From Phallusia mammillata (lineage: Eukaryota): a DNA stretch of 64,000 nt. Below, piece by piece: positions 1-10,502 of the stretch. Within the stretch, counting starts at the first letter, position 1; each line of letters starts with the position of its first letter. The stretch covers positions 25,606,001-25,670,000 of the forward strand of contig OZ281495.1 in the NCBI GenBank assembly GCA_965637545.1, read 5' to 3'. The notes under the pieces are model-generated. The model did not search any database. It was not told where the DNA came from and worked only from the letters and a program-made list of their open reading frames with translations. Position numbers and translations under genes: made by a program.

Positions 1-86
1 TTTTCTGGCCAAAATCGAATTAATATTTAAAAGAATAAAGCTTTTGTTTGTTTCAAGATGTAAAGTTTATTTTATTATTTTATTAC

Positions 87-1087
87 CGCCATGTCCTGGT
101 AAAATCGAGCTGTTCCATTCAATTCTACTTCGTTTTCCAACCCCTCGTCAACGTAAGGGACGATGACACCAAGGAACACTTGTGTCTTTTTTTCAGTGAA
201 ACGGCCGGCATAGTTATTGAAGCAAATGGCATAATCGCCTGGTTTAATGATAAAATCGTATGAATGCAGTTTTGTGTTGAAATAAACAAGTAAAACTCCA
301 CATTATGACCCGTATTATATTTTGACAATCAAAAAGCCAGATCAACCGAAAACGTTGCTTTGTGAATCGTGGTAATTTGTCATTACCAATTAGCAACGAA
401 TATAGGCTAATTACCAAATTGGAAATGTATATATAAACAGGTCATTGTTAGTAGATTTGACATGGATTTATCTGTATAATTTCGAGTTTTAAATTTTTCA
501 AACAAATGCTTTTACCTTCATCGGTAACTTCGCTAAACGGACTTTCGAAGGACTCAGTCAAATACGATGATATGAGATAGTTGTGTGAAGGGCCACGTAC
601 ATCCATAGAAATAGTGTTGTCGGCCATTGCTGTTTTGGGAGTAAGAACCTAAACCAAAATCGATTGGCATCTTTAATCAACAAATTTACCAGAACCAAAA
701 TTACTAAAAAATCAAACAAGTTTTTAACGTAAAACATATTCTGCCTGCTAGGCTATTTTTTCAGAGCAGACAAATGGCCACCAGAGCAGGCAATAAAACA
801 TGCTCTTAAAGTTTGGTAAGCATTGTCGCAGATCTTTTTACCATTTTGTAGCAAAAAAGCGGTAACTTGTGACAAACCCTGTAAGACAATTTGAATTTTG
901 CTCCTTGTTGCAAGTACTGATAAAAGCATTCCCTCTGTCTCGCGGCCAGAATAAATATGAACTCTAGTCCATTTTCTTGCTTGTCCAGACCGATCTTTGT
1001 GAAAGTTGCCTGCGAATCGACGGATTGCGACAGATACAGCACAAAAATAAACAAAACCGACAAAACAAAACTAAGTTGCGCTGACAT
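87..1087 (-). CDS. p24/TMED (emp24/gp25L, GOLD-domain) cargo receptor, 5' part; gene runs off the window start
   Basis: Exons 1087-878, 648-516 and 238-87 have GT-AG ends and consistent phases (0, 1, 0). They encode a signal peptide, ...LAARQRECFYQYL...VLTPKTAMADNTISMDVRGP...GDYAICFNNYAGRFTEKKTQVFLGV, matching p24 GOLD motifs (ECFY, G-x-Y-x-x-CF-x-N). Subfamily not resolved. Confidence 0.88.
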
Positions 1088-2464
1088 TTTGGGTTTAATA
1101 CATCAGAAGACTTGTAATCTGTTGTGAGTCCTAGCGCCTTCATAACACGTAAAAAAGCATATGCCATGTTCCATGAGAAAATACAGTGAAGCGCAGATGT
1201 TGTCGGCGCAACGTCACTGCGACAACAAACGCTGTGTGGCTCTTGAGTAGGGACGTCTTGTTTTGAAAAAAATCCCCCAAAATTCACTCTAATGCTATTT
1301 TTTAGATTATGTCGCCTTTTAAAAAGTAAATCCTTAAACGATCTCTACATTATACACGATGATGCAAACATCAATATCATTGCCATCAATATCACTTTTT
1401 TTTATCCACCTATAGTTAGATCCACACCTATAGTTAGTTTTTTATAGCCAGCGTTATACGCTAGCATTTTTTGAAGGTTTTTGGTTCAAAACTATCCGAA
1501 ATTTAAATTATACATGTTAACGTTCTTTATGGGCGCCGGTACGTAACTTGCTACCCTCTTCAATGTATTTCAATGTAGGTGTACCTAATGCAAATATAAC
1601 TTGTTTTGTCGACAAACTTGATGAATGTATCATGCTCAAAGAAGTGATGGAGAGAAACTCCCTGAATGTCTAAACAAAGAAGCGTGATGATATCTGCCTT
1701 GCTTAAATATCTAATGTTGTTTCCATTATATCTGCCGTTTTACTGTATTTGGAACAAACAAAATGGTATATACAAGACATATATGGTGTTTTTTCACGTA
1801 GAGTGAGTAGAGTGAAGCAGGTATAAGGCGACGCAATTGTGCTGTATACAATTTATGCCTACGTAAGTGTCGAAACTTGCCCCCTCTTGCAAATTTTTCT
1901 GCCGCCTTCCATGACCGTCTTTTGTGTCTGCATTGTTTCCAGGTCACGTTGTTTTAACGTCACTCGCGTATCGTCGGGGAAATCCCAGCGAAATAGAAAA
2001 TTTAACCGAATCGTCGGGAGGCAAAACGCCATGCTTGAGCAACAGTGCATACAGCGAACTGGTTGGCATTTTCGTTGCAACACAGCGGAACTGTTTGACA
2101 GTGTACATTGCCTGTTTTAGGTGCTACACAGTTGGACTGACAATTGTAGAAAGACACAATTGTAATGATTTTTAAAGCTTGCAAGATTTCAATATTTTGA
2201 AGTAAGGTTGTTCATGTAGTGCTTTCTGCAGTAGTTTTATAGTAGTCTAAATGGAATTAGGTTATTACAAGTTGCAGATAGGTTGAAAGCCCATAAAAGA
2301 TATGTTTGCTTGTAGTTTAAAATGATTTGTAAATACAAAAGCTATTAACAGAATGACTTCATGCCCCCTGAAACCTAAGAAAAGTTTGTGTATGATATTA
2401 ATCTTTATGCCTTTGGTTTAAGACAAATTTGGTTGGCTAAAATGTGTTTTAAATTAACGTTAAA

Positions 2465-4351
2465 ATGAATTACGCAAACGTTCCTTACTACCACGGTTCG
2501 ATATCAAGACAGGAGGCCCTTGACGCGCTGGCAAACAAGAAAAACGGATCATTTCTCCTGCGTAAGAGCCTTACCACAAACGACGCCTACGCCATTTCGG
2601 TAATATGTGATGGCCGGGTACTTCACTACAGCATACAATACTGCGAAGGAAGCGACTACTATTCGCTGGACCAGCAATCTACATTTCCCTCGCCTTCTGA
2701 AGTATGCGAGTACTACATGAAAGAACAGGGCTCCTTGAAAACCAAACTTCTCCACCCAATTCCTTTTGATGAAAGTGGATCAGGCAGCAGCGGCAGTGGA
2801 CAGGAATTTCCTCAGGCAAATTATTTGATTAGCCAAAGCCGTTCCCATGAGCAGCAGGAGTGGTTTCATGGCAATATAACAAGAGAAGAAGATGCCGCTA
2901 GACTCGCTGCAGCTTACAATGAATGTCGACAGGATGGAATCTATTTAGTGAGGCAAAAAGATGCCAGCACTTTTGTTCTTTGCGTGGTGTTTGAAGGCCA
3001 GCCACGGCGCCATAAGATTACATATGATAGAGACAAGCAAAGATATTTCATAGTCGGTCGGAGCAAGAACTTCGAAAGTATCGAAAAACTCGTTAACTAC
3101 TACAGGAATCCGAATCCGGACGGTCTAGTGTGCAGATTGGTGACTCCTTGCGATCGCAAGGGTGCAACGAAACCTTTGCCTCGTATGGGCTCATCCCCGA
3201 CCGTTAACCAACAGCAGGAGAAAAGTCCAATTCAGAAAACGGTGCGATCGCTTTCAATAGGTTTTAGCAATTTTTGTGTATCTCTTGCAACACCATTGAA
3301 GACGCTTATGCCCAAGAATATCCTGGACATGACGTGGTCGGATTGTCAGGATGACGCAGCAAAACCGACATCCATAAACGTCTTGGCATCATCGAAGTAC
3401 CAGGATTCTGAGCCGATCATACGTTCTGTTTTATCACGCTACCGTCCAACGTCCCTTGCTAAAGAGTGTATCGGATACCTAAGTCCATACAGAAACATAA
3501 CAGTAAGCAACAATGACGGTATTGCCCCGGACATGTATGTTAAGCGCAAGGAAATAAAGATAGGCCGGCAAATCGGACACGGGCATTTCGGTACCGTAAA
3601 TCTCGGCGTGTGTAAGATTCTTGGCTCAGCAACCCCTTGCGCCATTAAGACATTGACGGGTTCCGACGTCTTGAAAAACAAAGGCGAGATCCTGCATGAG
3701 GCAGCGGTGATGCAAAAGCTTGATCATCCCTACATTGTAAGACTGCTGGGTGTTTGCGACAATTCTGTGGTTTCCAATGACTTAATGATCGTGCTCGAGT
3801 TTGCCCCTCTCGGGGATATGCTCAGCTTTGTGCGCACCCACGATCTAAACTCATTTCCTTGCGATCGACTCATTACTCTCATGACCCAAATCTGTGACGG
3901 CATGGCTTACCTCGCAAGCAAGAACGTCGTTCACCGGGACCTTGCTGCAAGAAACATTCTCCTGGTAAGCGAAAACTTTGCGAAGATATCAGATTTTGGA
4001 ATGTCGCGTATTCTTCACGAATCTAAGAACTATTACCAAGCAGCTCACCCTGGTTTGTGGCCTATACGCTGGTACCCACCTGAGGTCTTCAGTGACTACA
4101 AGTTCTCCAGCAAAGGGGACGTGTGGGGCTTTGGGGTGTCCATGTGGGAAGTGTTTTCCTACGGCAAGAAACCATACGACAACATGCGAGGCTGCGATGT
4201 GCTTATGATGATACATACTGGAAAGAGACTTGCGTCCCCTATCGGTTGCCGAAAAGACGTTTACCAAGTGATGATGAAGTGTTGGTCGGAAAAACCAGAG
4301 AGCCGACCAGGATTTGCTGAGTTACTTCCAATGATGCAAAAATTATCTTGA
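2465..4351 (+). CDS. SYK: SYK/ZAP70-like tyrosine kinase, paralog 1 (SH2-SH2-kinase), intronless CDS, 628 aa
   Basis: Single ORF. N-SH2 (PYYHG...FLLRKS), C-SH2 (EWFHG...YLVRQK), linker YLSPY. Kinase motifs GHGHFG, CAIK, HRDLAARN, KISDFG. Activation loop NYYQA..G.WPIRWY resembles SYK NYYKA..GKWPVKWY. No ankyrin repeats, so not SHARK-type. Confidence 0.93.
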   Translation: MNYANVPYYHGSISRQEALDALANKKNGSFLLRKSLTTNDAYAISVICDGRVLHYSIQYCEGSDYYSLDQQSTFPSPSEVCEYYMKEQGSLKTKLLHPIPFDESGSGSSGSGQEFPQANYLISQSRSHEQQEWFHGNITREEDAARLAAAYNECRQDGIYLVRQKDASTFVLCVVFEGQPRRHKITYDRDKQRYFIVGRSKNFESIEKLVNYYRNPNPDGLVCRLVTPCDRKGATKPLPRMGSSPTVNQQQEKSPIQKTVRSLSIGFSNFCVSLATPLKTLMPKNILDMTWSDCQDDAAKPTSINVLASSKYQDSEPIIRSVLSRYRPTSLAKECIGYLSPYRNITVSNNDGIAPDMYVKRKEIKIGRQIGHGHFGTVNLGVCKILGSATPCAIKTLTGSDVLKNKGEILHEAAVMQKLDHPYIVRLLGVCDNSVVSNDLMIVLEFAPLGDMLSFVRTHDLNSFPCDRLITLMTQICDGMAYLASKNVVHRDLAARNILLVSENFAKISDFGMSRILHESKNYYQAAHPGLWPIRWYPPEVFSDYKFSSKGDVWGFGVSMWEVFSYGKKPYDNMRGCDVLMMIHTGKRLASPIGCRKDVYQVMMKCWSEKPESRPGFAELLPMMQKLS

Positions 4352-4835
4352 AATTGTTTTTTGTTTGTTTTGTTTTTGCACAGTAACCTTTGACTGTAAA
4401 ACAGATTGAAGAAAACGTAAATCAAAATCTGCAATGCACAGAGACCATTGTAAACTGCTGTTAAAGATAAAAAACCTTTTTTGTGTTTAAATTTAATTTT
4501 TTTCAAAAGATATTGCTTTTTTACTTTATTATTTCATAATTTTGTTGTTTTTGTGACTCCATTTATTCCAGCCAATTGTGGTTCCTGCTGCACCCTTTTT
4601 GTTTCCACCCTTATTTGACACGTTTACCTACATGTCATCTGACCTATGATTATGCTTGGGCGCTGAAACAAATAAACAATTGATTCCATTTATTCCAATT
4701 ATCCATTTATGTGTAAAAACATGTGTTTGTGATTCCGCTTGTTTTTAATTGCCTAAATATCGAATTGCCTGCTTCCAAATATTGTATTTGCCGTTATGCT
4801 GTTGTTATAGCCTATACGACATTATTAGTGTAAAT

Positions 4836-6109
4836 CAGGGGCGGGCAACTTCTCCAGTCGGCGGGCCTGATATGGAAAAATGAGGTACTTGGCGGGCCGG
4901 ATCCCACAATCGATGCATTAATCGCGTATTTATCCAGTGATTTAAAACGGATTTTTGACCACCTAAACCAAATACAATCAAGAACGTCACAATTACAAAA
5001 CAGTCCAAACAATCTAACTGATATAACATAAAATTATTTACGACAGCAAATTTAATGCATACACCACAGACTTAGATACTGCTGAAACACTAACTAGGCC
5101 AGGGCTTCCCAAACTGGGGGTCGCGACCCCGGAAGGGGTCGCTTAACAAACTTGAGGGGTCGCAAAGAGCTGTACCAATTTTGAAGAAAGTACTCCATAC
5201 ACTGACGTAAAGTACGGGGATGCCGCATACCCCCGGCCTTGACCTTTGTATAACGTCACAATGTCATTTTTGTTCAAGTTACGTCAGTTTTAAAACGTTT
5301 TCAGCTAACAGCAAACGCGGTTGTAGTGACGCCATTGATCGAACAAACGTCGGTTGAAACGCAACACTTGCAATTGGTTTGAAATACACAGGCATTTTAA
5401 TGCAACATAAAGATGACATATAGAGTTGTAGACTAACGTTTAAGTATTGTGTGGCGCAATAACGTTCTCTAATAAAAATAGGTAATAAATTTACGATTTC
5501 TAAGCAGTGTTTAATGTCCGTTTGCAAAGCACTGCAACGGCCTAAACTTGGTGCAAGGTTATAAGTAGTGCCTATTTGCAAAACAATGTGACAGAAACTA
5601 AAGGCTAAAGCACGTACAAAGTATCGGTGTTTGGACGTGTAAAGTAGTAGACTCTGAGTACCGTTTGGTTGTTTTTCGTTTTCGCTCGAATTAGTCGTTT
5701 CAATAAAAACAACAAATGTATTTTTTGCATTGTTTATCATGTTATCCGTGCAGGGTCGCGGGAAATTTAAAGAGATTAAGAGGGGTCGCGATCAAAAAAG
5801 TTTGGGAAGCCCTGAACTAGGCTACACGTGTGGAAACAAAGGAAACCGAGAAAGCAGGCCACACGCAAAGTTGGCGGTTATGTCGTAACAATAGATGTAT
5901 GGTGCAATGGTAACAACGGCGGGAAAGTTTTTTGCTATTGGGGAGCGTTCCTGTCCGTTACAACTATAATTTGACGTAGTAAGCAAGTAGTGGGGGATTG
6001 CGGCAGACTGTGGCCGCGGGCCACATTATCATGTAAGACCAGAAACTGTCTGCGGGCCGCTCAAAATCTCGTCGCGGGCCGGATCCGGGCCGTATGTTGC
6101 CCGCCCCTG
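4836..6109. mobile_element. Non-autonomous hAT element (outer member of a nested pair)
   Basis: TIRs CAGGGGCGGGCAAC / GTTGCCCGCCCCTG; perfect 8-bp TSD GTGTAAAT (4828-4835, 6110-6117); GCGGGCC subterminal repeats. Confidence 0.9.
5100..5814. mobile_element. Non-autonomous hAT MITE (Buster/Charlie-like), nested in 4836-6109; same family as 55715-56581
   Basis: TIRs CAGGGCTTCCCAAACT / AGTTTGGGAAGCCCTG; 8-bp TSD AACTAGGC (5092-5099, 5815-5822); GGGGTCGC subterminal repeats. Confidence 0.93.
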
Positions 6110-6458
6110 GTGTAAATGCTTGGCAAAAATAAAAACTACTTAATAAGAGATACATTTCAAAGGACAGGCCAAAGAACCTATCAACGGGTGACCTTTATTG
6201 TAAATTCTGTTCAGCGCGTACCTTTGTTGAACAGATTCCTCTATTCAAACCCTATACCTCCTGAGTTGCATGGTTCGCCGCCGAATTTGCCGCAGCCGAA
6301 ACCATTTTTGGTTCATTGAACACGAGACTTGGGGTATTACCGCAAGTTTTAGCATCGCTTTGCTATTTAAATCTCTTTTTCAAAATTCGATTTCCTGGTT
6401 GTGTGTTTTTTTCACAAGCGCGTGCTTGTTGCAATAAAGATTTTTTCGTTTCCAGTTC

Positions 6459-6570
6459 AGCCCTTGACACAAAAACGCCACTTATATCTTGCATTCTACT
6501 TGAGAGAAAGGTGATTAAGCCCTTAACACAAAAACGCCACCTATATCTTGCATTCTACTTGAGGGTAAGG
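6459..6570. repeat. Tandem direct repeat, ~2 copies of a 59-bp unit
   Basis: agcccttgacacaaaaacgccacttatatcttgcattctacttgag starts at 6459 and recurs nearly identically at 6518. Confidence 0.85.
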
Positions 6571-7627
6571 TTCTCAGTTGCCTGGCCCCATTTCAAAACC
6601 TATGCAAACAGATAACGTTTTATTCATTCTTTTTCGAGCATTTCAAGGCATTTAATGCAGAATCAGCAGCTCGGAACTGTACAGGGTTCAACTATTAATG
6701 TATGTTAAATACCAACAGATTGAAAATTTTGACATTGATGTCACGGTATGTGAGACAACTTCTTTTTATGTTACAATTGTCTTGTTTTTAAGTGACGGTT
6801 ACGCCACATAACTGTTTGTTGGCTTTTATTGCATCATTGTGAAGTGCGCGGTAATCTTACACGAGTGGTGCACAACCTGCGCCCGTACATACTTATCACG
6901 CCACATATAAAAATAAAGCGGCCTTTATGCGGTACATGTGCATTAAACATGTGCACACGTGACTTGGATGAAACTCTTTGCTAAACATTTGTCTTAAAAG
7001 ACAGCCCTAAATAGATTTTGTAAGGTGGAAAGATGCATCCATTTCCACTCCAGCAGCCATACGCGTCCGACGTTTTGCACAAGTATTGTGTGTAAACAAT
7101 ACGAAAAAAACTCGAGTTTTATATATTCTTTGAAATTGCTAACCTTGCTGGAAAATATACTAGCTTGTTTCTTAGGTTTAGGCTTTACGTGGTACGCAGC
7201 GATAGAAAAGTCAGGTGTAAAGCGATCCATGTGTGGTTGAGAACCACGGATTAAAACCATTATGTCATGTCATAGGAATGCGATTACTAGTGTGACGAAA
7301 CGAAAGATGATTTCATTCTTCACTGCAAAAGCGTCATACGTAGTGTTGTATATTTCCACAAAGCTTTCTGATTCCCCTTGGTCGTATTATTAAATAAAAC
7401 AGCAACCACATAAAAATAGGACACGATTCTTTTTATTCTCTTACGCAATTTACGCTGCCGTTTCAACCAGTGTTTCTGCCATTGTTTTGTTTTTTTTTCA
7501 CTATACCGTTTGATGCAACCAGTTGTACCCCGTCCGATTAGTTATGCGGTCAGTTGCGATTTACAGTTACACCACATGTAGCGCTGATTACTATGGTGGC
7601 AATGACAATTTGTTGCAAAAAGCATAG

Positions 7628-7737
7628 CCGAATGGTCCGGCGCGCCTGACCCACATATACAGACATAAAAAAAAAACTTGATCGGGATTCGGCCGCGGGA
7701 GTGTCCTGGGTTCGAACCCCGTGAAAAAAAAAAAAAA
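7628..7737 (+). mobile_element. Short tRNA-derived SINE-like element (family 1) with poly-A tail
   Basis: A-box-like (TAG)CCGAATGG, B-box GGTTCGAACCC (7709-7719), poly-A tail, flanking direct repeat AAAAAGCATAG. Near-identical copy at 17937-18030. Confidence 0.75.
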
Positions 7738-8387
7738 AAAAAGCATAGTCTGTGCGACACCTCTGTTTGTAGCGGTCCTTGTTGACGTAACTGTACCTCT
7801 GTTGCTGGGTTATGGCCACGCCATGTGTAAAGTTGAGTCGTCGCTTGTATGGTATTGTTATCCTATCCAATCATTTCTATATTTAGGGGGTTGACGGAGC
7901 AGTCCTTTCTCAGAAAGCTGACGTAACTTCACAGGCAAGTAACTTTTTGTTTGCTCTTGGCCATTTTATCCAAATTCGTTTACAATAACTGCACATTACG
8001 TCCAATCTATGCGTAAATTTGCACAGCTCTTCCTTTTTTTGGACTAAACTATAAGAGAGCTTATGGGATCCCAAACTTTTTCTATAGCGGCCCTGTTTCA
8101 ATTTTCTCTCGTCGTTTTGAGAAGAACAACTTTTTGACGTTAATTATGAAATAGTCCATTTTGTTTGTTCTTATCGCTTTGTTTTACGGGACTAAGTAAC
8201 TACAACAACAAGAAACTATATGTTAAAATCATAACACACATTGCGCGATGTTGAAAAGGCCAGTCGGTTTGATATATCATATTGTAGATTGCGTACAGGT
8301 TTCACAGAATTACAACTAGGTGTTATACCTAAGCTAATTTCCAAGAAGCATCCGGGGAAACACTAGGCATCCCAGGAACACAGAGGG

Positions 8388-8395
8388 TATATAAA
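8388..8395 (+). promoter_or_regulatory. TATA box candidate for the CUB-like gene
   Basis: TATATAAA about 70 nt upstream of the ATG at 8465, preceded by two imperfect repeats, GCATCCGGGGAAACAC and GCATCCCAGGAACAC. Confidence 0.4.
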
Positions 8396-8464
8396 CGACC
8401 AGGTAGCCGTTTTTTTTATACTCTCCGTCTTGGGCGTTATTTTGTAAACCAATAGAAGTACGAA

Positions 8465-9475
8465 ATGAAATTTCTCTTTATTTTGTTTGGTCTACTCGTC
8501 GTTGCCTATGCAAACCAACAAAAATGTAGGTGTTTTAAAACTTGTCACAACCTATTTGTTTTAACTTTTTGTTGTGTGCTTTAGGTAGTGAACGTTTGAA
8601 ACTTGATGGTTCTGAGGGAAAATACAGATTTCACACAATGAAAACAAAAATGGAACTGTAAAAGACTGCATAGAACTGCTCATTCAACCTTCGCCAGGAA
8701 AGGTACAATCACGTATAATGAAACGAGTTTTCGACATTAGGCATGCTGCTTGAAACTGCTTTGAATTGTTAAAGCGGTTTTTGTGTTGATAAATTCTGTG
8801 TATTTGAAAATAAGCCATTTTGTCATTTGCAATGATATTAGGAACCGACAAATCTCATCATCAAAACTGAAGGCGGAACAATTCGCTGCCAGCAAACAGA
8901 CGGGGAAATACAAGAATGCATTCTCGACGTAAGACTTCGTTACAATATCCAAAGTCATCTCATAACTTCGGTGTTCCTTAAATGTAGTTACAATACAAAT
9001 TAAGACAATAAATGCTGATTTTGTAATTGAATTTGTTTAAAGATCGACAATGACGAAAGACAAAGTAAAAAAAAACAGAAATCAAGTTTTTGTGCGCTTT
9101 ATTGCAGACTGACAGTGACAGTGAGGAAAAGATCGTCTTGGAAACTGTGGTTGGTGTGGTAACGGTTATATCTTTGATTATTACTGGCTTCAGAGAGGGA
9201 ACGGTCATTGTGGAATGGTTTACAGGTAAATGTGATGAAATGTATCACACAAATTCATATGCACTGGCTGGTTGCCCTCAGTGATTAATCATAATAAAAC
9301 CCGTCGAGTATCTCTGGTTGAGACTATTACACGATGGTCGACAGTTTTTGCCTTAAAACTTATTTTACTGACAGATTTGTTCTCCGACGCCGGAAGTCTC
9401 CATTCTACTCCATTCTTGCCTGTGTATATTATGCTGGCACTTTTGACAATGTTCATCATAAAGAAGCTCGGATAA
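8465..9475 (+). CDS. Small secreted, probably GPI-anchored, single CUB-like domain protein (~165 aa); 1-nt frameshift in exon 2 (pseudogene allele or assembly error)
   Basis: Exons 8465-8525, 8585-8702, 8842-8928, 9108-9225, 9375-9475, all GT-AG. Signal peptide MKFLFILFGLLVVAYA; CUB-like CSERLKLDGSEG/KIQISH...DCIELLIQPSPGK; two further Cys; hydrophobic tail FLPVYIMLALLTMFIIKKLG. Exon 2 is one base short of phase; adding one A to the AAAA run at 8619-8622 restores the frame. Confidence 0.72.
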
Positions 9476-10330
9476 AAATGTCCTGAGCTGACCTTGTTAA
9501 ATGTAAATGTAAATTTCGTCCTGCCATGTCAGCATTGATACTCAAGTGTGTGTTTTTTTTGTGTGTTCATCAATTGTTTACTTGCACTTGCCAGCACAAA
9601 CTTATTATTCTGTTTTGGCTTTTTCTTTTTAACTTTATTTAGTTGTTTACACGTCAAAACCATTGAGCTTCGCACGATTTGGTTAAGACAAAAATATATT
9701 TGTATTATGATGTAAAACAGTAGTGCTTTATTTTCTGTAACAGTTGTACTTTATTTTCTTTTTTGCCCACCAGCATTATATTTTCTGTACATATCGTCAC
9801 AGACGCCACAGTCGAATCAATAAAATGGGCTATCTCTACAGGGACTATTTACAGCCATTGATAGGACCAAAAAAAAAAAAAAAACTTAACAAGCATTGTG
9901 CCCCTGTGTAAAACTTTTTTCTCTTTTGTTATTATTTTGTCGTCATGTACAAGCAGTTTTCAATGTTGTATACAAGCTTTTATCCCAGATTCTTGGTAAC
10001 ATACATCGCCAGTAAAGACAAGAGCACATAGAAAGGAATAAATTTGCCTTCATGAAGGCTTCCTGCTCCTGAATCCGAATCTAAAACAATGTAACTTACG
10101 TTAGTTGCATTATTGCATATCCAGTACCATTTAGGGATCACTCAAACAACACGCGTTACGCGATAACTAATGTTCTTTTTGTTGTTCTTGCTGTTTTAGT
10201 AAACCAATGGTTCTCAATTTCTTTTTGTTATAACGGTCTCTTTGCGATTTCTTTGAGCACCTATAGTTCCTGTCCAAGCTAGATATATTTATGAAACTAA
10301 ATAGACCCAAAACCAAGTGTTAAATTTATC

Positions 10331-10502
10331 TTATGTCCCAGAAAGACTCCTCCTGTCTTGGGTTCGAATTTCTATGTCCCGGAAAGACTCCTGACTTGGG
10401 TTCGAATCTCACTGCAAGCTAGATTTTTCTAGCCTGTGCCTCGCCATATATATGAATGCTTGAGTGACCGGCTGATTCGGTATACGCCTTTAATGGGCCT
10501 GC
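10331..10502 (+). mobile_element. tRNA-related SINE-like repeat (family 2) with an internal tandem duplication of its B-box segment
   Basis: GGAAAGACTC...GGGTTCGAAT occurs twice, followed by ..GCTAGATTTTTCTAGCCT...GACCGGCTGATTCGGTA..CGCCTTTAATGGGC, which is shared with 47585-47718. Confidence 0.65.

Noticed and set aside
4062-4085. WYPPE instead of WYAPE in SYK paralog 1 as a sign of a pseudokinase
   Set aside because: PPE occurs in active tyrosine kinases (for example the Tec and ALK families), and the Lys, HRD and DFG motifs are intact.
7628-7737. Functional tRNA gene at the GGTTCGAACCC motifs (also 10331, 17937, 47585, 50415)
   Set aside because: No complete cloverleaf or paired acceptor stem; poly-A tails, TSDs and dispersed copies fit SINEs better.
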